DNA of 63,331 nt, counting the filler, from Chrysochromulina tobinii (taxonomy: Eukaryota), in assembly GCA_001275005.1 (NCBI GenBank). It is 4 parts of 4 records of this genome, joined end to end, with 100 filler letters (N's around TTAATTAATTAA, not from the genome) between each part and the next. Parts side by side here need not be neighbours in the genome. Positions count along the whole stretch, not along the records: positions 58,277 to 63,331 come from JWZX01000629.1; 3 more parts are not named here. One strand, given 5' to 3'. Positions 59,232 through 63,331 of this stretch are shown one piece after another. A program made the position numbers and the translations under genes. Every line of letters begins with the position of its first letter. The first letter of the stretch is position 1. A model generated the notes under the pieces. It was not told the origin of the DNA. It saw only the letters and a list, made by a program, of their open reading frames with translations, and did not search any database.

Positions 59232-61819
59232 ATGGACTCCGAGACTCACACACCCGTGGCCCTCCCGCCGCCCCCGCGGATTCGATCACCAGCAGTTGCA
59301 AGTATAACGCGTTTCGATGACCAAGACGAGGAGGACCGACGGCAAAGGCTGCTGAGCCGGTGCACGGTCCAAGTGGTGAACGTGGCGCTGTTCATGACAG
59401 CGGTGCTCCTTCGGCGTTTGATAGTCAGAGCCGAACCACGAGCAGGCGATGCAGCTACCGATACAATCCAACAGAAAGTGGAAAAGCACACGGGTGTCGT
59501 CTTTTCACGCGCTCATGCGCGCTTCTTCTACGAGGTGGTGGCCACTTCACTGGGCATTCCATTCCCGGTGCTTGACGCTGTACTGGGGGTCACGAATTCT
59601 GCAGGAGCCATGAATGATGGAGCAGGGCTATTGCTGGTGGAGAAGCTGCTCCATGGCGTGCAGTTTGGTGCCGCGGTGCACGAGCATTCGCAGCCAGACC
59701 AAGGCCGTTACTTTGATGTAGCTCCCACTGCCGACCCACTATACGGGCCATTGATGACTCCGGCCGAAAACGACGAGCCGTGCAAGTGGAATGCGACGAG
59801 ACGCGGGGCGCCCAGCACTTCATATCCTGCTGTTCTGCACGTGGGAATCGTCGAGGGGGGCAGGGTGCCAACACTCGGCGGCTCGTTCACGACGGGCGTC
59901 TGCGTTGACCTGTCGCGGTTGAGCCATGAGTTCATCGCCGCGGCCCTAGTCGCCGTTGCCGATGGATCTGCGCGAAGAGGGGGCGAGGGATGGGCAAATA
60001 TGCCACAATCCGTGGATTATCCGTCTGCACTTCTGACCTCCGACCCAAGCAGCCAGCAGCCTTCTATTGGGACAATAGCGAGAAGCATCTTGGACCTCAC
60101 GAAGAAGTTCTACTCGATGTATGTGCCAGTGACAAACTCTCCCCATGGAATATCAATGGCGAAAGGAGACTATATCGAGTCAATGACAGTGTTGCACGCG
60201 TCCGAGCACATCGCGGCCGGAAGAGAAGCTGTCGCGGGCAGGCTACTGCCTCCCTCGCCTGATGTCATCCCCGCACTTATCCCGCTGTACACCCGGTACA
60301 GGCGCAGGGATGGGCCAGGAGACGGGCGAGTTCCCAAGCCAGCAGATTCGGGTGCCGGAGTTTTCGGGCCGGGCGAGGCAGCCAGGGGCTCTTCCGCAGA
60401 TCGTCAGCGCACAGACCAACATCTCGTGGTGCCTCCCGTCCACCTCGTGGAAATTGACCCAACCTTGCGGAGAAGTCTGAAGCGCAAGTGTGTCAAGGAA
60501 TCGATTCTAACGGTGCAGATCCCGGACAACCGAAAGGAGCGGTTGCTGGCCTGGCTCGGGTTCATACCAATGGTGCCTACGAGATCCAACGTCGAGGAAC
60601 TCCTCGACAGGGTTGCGGAGTCCGCCATCGCGGAGACGCTCGAGAAGGCACGAGCCCGCGGGCAAGCCGAGGTACAGCGGCTTGTAAAGGCACTCAACGA
60701 GCAGCTCGATCAGGTCAAGAAGCAGCGCGACGACTTCAAGGACAAGAAGCAGGAGTTCTTTTCACAACTCACCCAAGCGAAGCACGACCTCCGACTGGCA
60801 CGGGAAGATCTGGACGAGGCGAGGGCCAATACACGTGCCGCTCCCGAGATGGGGGCCACGGACGCCAGTATCTTCCAGGTCGCGCTCGCCGATTTGCGCC
60901 GCCACTGCAAGAACCTGGAGGAGGAGAACGAGGAACTTTCGAGATGCCACGGAAACGCACTCCGAGCTAAACAAGACATGCAGCACCTGATGGAGCGTCT
61001 GCAGCAGACGAATGCCTTGGAGTCGGAGGCACACACTGCCCGGGTGGCGGTGCTGCAAGACGCACTGGATGCCCAATCCGAGCAACTGTAATGCATGCCC
61101 CATCGCATAGCCTTGCCTCCTCTCGTTCAAACGCCCCCATCACCGAATCACGAATGTGCGTTCGTGTGTTTCGCATCGCGGTCGGCAGGGAGAATCACGC
61201 GATGTACAAGATCAAGGCTGCAATGTACGAGAACGCCTTCACAGATCGACGCTCTCCAGTGGGCGCCTCAAGCTCCGAGCCCACTCTGCAGCAGCAAATG
61301 GCGGACGTGATCCAGAAGCTCCAATCGGATTATGACAGTTTGTGCGCGATTGAACGGAAGAAGGCGTCGGACTTTGAGGCCAAGTATTCCGAGCTGCTCT
61401 CGACCGTGGAGACGCAGAAGCTCATGCTCGGGGACCTCGAACGAAAAACACTGGACGTGGTGAGACGCAGAGTCCGCACGCGCTCCAGCATGTGCACTTG
61501 CATGCTCCAGCATGTGCCCCCGGGCATGTGCACGGCCAGCGCCTCCCGCTCGCGAGCGCCCATTCCCATCTTGTTATTCACACCGGGGTTTGAGCACTGC
61601 TGCGAATTACAGATGAACACGGCGGACAAGAAGTTCAAGGAGGTCACCGACCACCAGATTGCGTTGCAGCAAGAAGCAAACAGCCGGCGAGAGGCGGTCC
61701 GCGCGGTCTCAGTCGCCATGCAGAATTCCAATCTGCCACCAGCGCTGCGCGACGCGCTGAAGGCCCTGGCCGATTCCTTGATGCCGACCGCCATTGCGGA
61801 CGAGGAGGAGGACGACTGA
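59232..61819 (+). CDS. Orphan protein with C-terminal coiled coil; introns 61088-61188 and 61460-61612
   Basis: GT-AG introns join ORFs 59016-61091 and 61091-61819 in frame (EQL|ENHAM; LDV|MNTAD); no family recognised. Confidence 0.6.
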
Positions 61820-62396
61820 AGAAACGGCATCGCCACAAGACGGCTTAACGACGGCTCACGTCATGAACGACCTTATCGAGTACAAATGTTGCCATCCCGG
61901 GATGTTGCACAGCCGTGACAGACAGAGCAGGGATTCTACATGAAGAGGTGGTCGGCCTATTGGTCCCGGCGGCGGGGGCGAGGAGGCGCGAGGAGGCGCG
62001 AAGGAGGTGCCGCGGCGCACACAAAGGCGCAGACGGGGCCACCTTTTGGCCGCAAGCATGGGCGGGGCTCACGAGGGTCGTGGTGGTGGCTAGTGGTCGC
62101 GTTTGACTGTGGCTGCTGGTCATGGTAGGCCATGTGCCTGATGTTGTGGCAGGGCAGCCGGCGGGCAATTTAGTACACACGTTCTTTCCGGGGTTCTGGG
62201 CAGCGGCAGTAGTGCACACGCACTCACGCAGGCGGCAGGGGATTCGCGGGGGAGCACGTGATTATTGTTTGCGACGTGGTGCAGGGTGGTTGTAGAGTGG
62301 AGCCTCGCATGGAATGTATTGTGTGTATATGCTGCGATTAATTATAAGCTTCTCAGCTGTACCCGGCGACATGCCCAAAAGGGGAGGGGTCGACGA

Positions 62397-63331
62397 TGAC
62401 GGGCCCGGGGAAGGGCGCCGATGGGCGGCGAGGGCGACCTCGAGGCATCACCGGGAGGCGCCCTCGCGCGGCGCACCGCTCGCCCGCGCGGCGCGCGGGG
62501 ATCCTCGCTCCTCAGCTCGCACATAAGCCCGGTTTGGCCCGTTAGCTACGTTTGGCGCGCGGTCGGCCAGCGGGCGGCCGCGGCGACGGGCCCGGGGGGA
62601 GGGCGCCGATGGGCGGCGAGGGCGACCTCAAGGCGGCACCGGGAGGCGCCCGCGCGCGGCGCAAAGGCCGCCCGTGCGGCGCGCGGGGATCCTCGCTCCT
62701 CAGCTCGCACATAAGCCCGGTTTGGCCCGTTAGCTACGTTTGGCGCGCGGTCGCCCAGCGGGCGGCCGCGGCGACGGGCCCAGGGGGAGGGCAGCCGATG
62801 GGCGGCGAGGGCGACCTCAAGGCGGCACCGGGAGGCGCCCGCGCGCGGCGCACAGGCCGCCCGCACGGCGCGCGGGGATTCTATCTCCTCAGCTCGCACA
62901 TAAGCCCGGTTTGGCCCGTTAGCGACGTTTGGCGCGCGGTCGGCCAGCGGGCGGCCGCGGCGACGGGCCCGGGGGGAGGGCGCCGATGGGCGGCGAGGGC
63001 GACCTCAAGGCGGCACCGGGAGAAGGCCGCGCGCGGCGCACAGGCCGCCCGCGCAGCGCGCGGGGTTCCTCGCTCCTCAGCTCGCACATAAGCCCGGTTT
63101 GGCCCGTTAGCTACGTTTGGCGCGCGGTCGGCCAGCGGGCGGCCGCGGCGACGGGCCCGAGGGGAGGGCAGCTCGATGGGCGGCGAGGGCGACCTCAAGG
63201 CGGCACCGGGAGAAGGCCGCGCGCGGCGCACCGCTTGCCCGCGCGGCGCGCGGGGATCCTCTCTCCTCAGCTCGCACATAAGCCCGGTTTGGCCCGTTAG
63301 CTACGTTTGGCGCGCGGTCGGCCAGCGGGCG
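62397..63331. repeat. GC-rich satellite, 188-190 bp unit, 5 copies, runs off window end
   Basis: ACATAAGCCCGGTTTGGCCCGTTAGC recurs at 62521, 62709, 62898, 63086 and 63276. Confidence 0.97.

Noticed and set aside
62397..63331. CRISPR array, hammerhead ribozyme (minus-strand CTGAGGA) or coding repeats
   Set aside because: Whole units are homologous with no unique spacers and no cas genes; no GAAA after a stem II; unit lengths do not preserve frame.

Overview
GC-rich, gene-dense eukaryotic genomic DNA with few, short GT-AG introns. Gene repertoire and style suggest a haptophyte alga, possibly Chrysochromulina-like (inference). Three 100-nt assembly gaps contain a TTAATTAATTAA linker. About 30 protein-coding genes are supportable: an R-S-E ADP-ribosyltransferase (spliced, missing from the ORF track), EF-hand proteins, ankyrin protein, SPATA4-like CH protein, COG7, a degenerate DHHC protein, 3-dehydroquinate synthase, DCC1-like oxidoreductase, WRN/EXD-like exonuclease, MSS51-like protein, cytochrome b5 reductase, a PB1-ZU5-FN3 protein, DUF3431, SMARCAL1/ZRANB3-like helicase, a Tudor/SP-RING/AP2 protein, an LRR-TTLL fusion, SGNH-like and PAN/Apple proteins. 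Most other listed ORFs are antisense or off-frame shadows. Notable items: two distant paralogs of an unnamed coiled-coil family, a Ulp1-like protease fragment beside a hAT-like end, a recurrent GACTT/ACTGAC motif upstream of genes, minisatellite-filled introns, and a terminal block (pseudogene, orphan spliced gene, 188-190 bp satellite). No rRNA, tRNA or CRISPR array seen. All family calls are by-eye motif recognition, not database searches.
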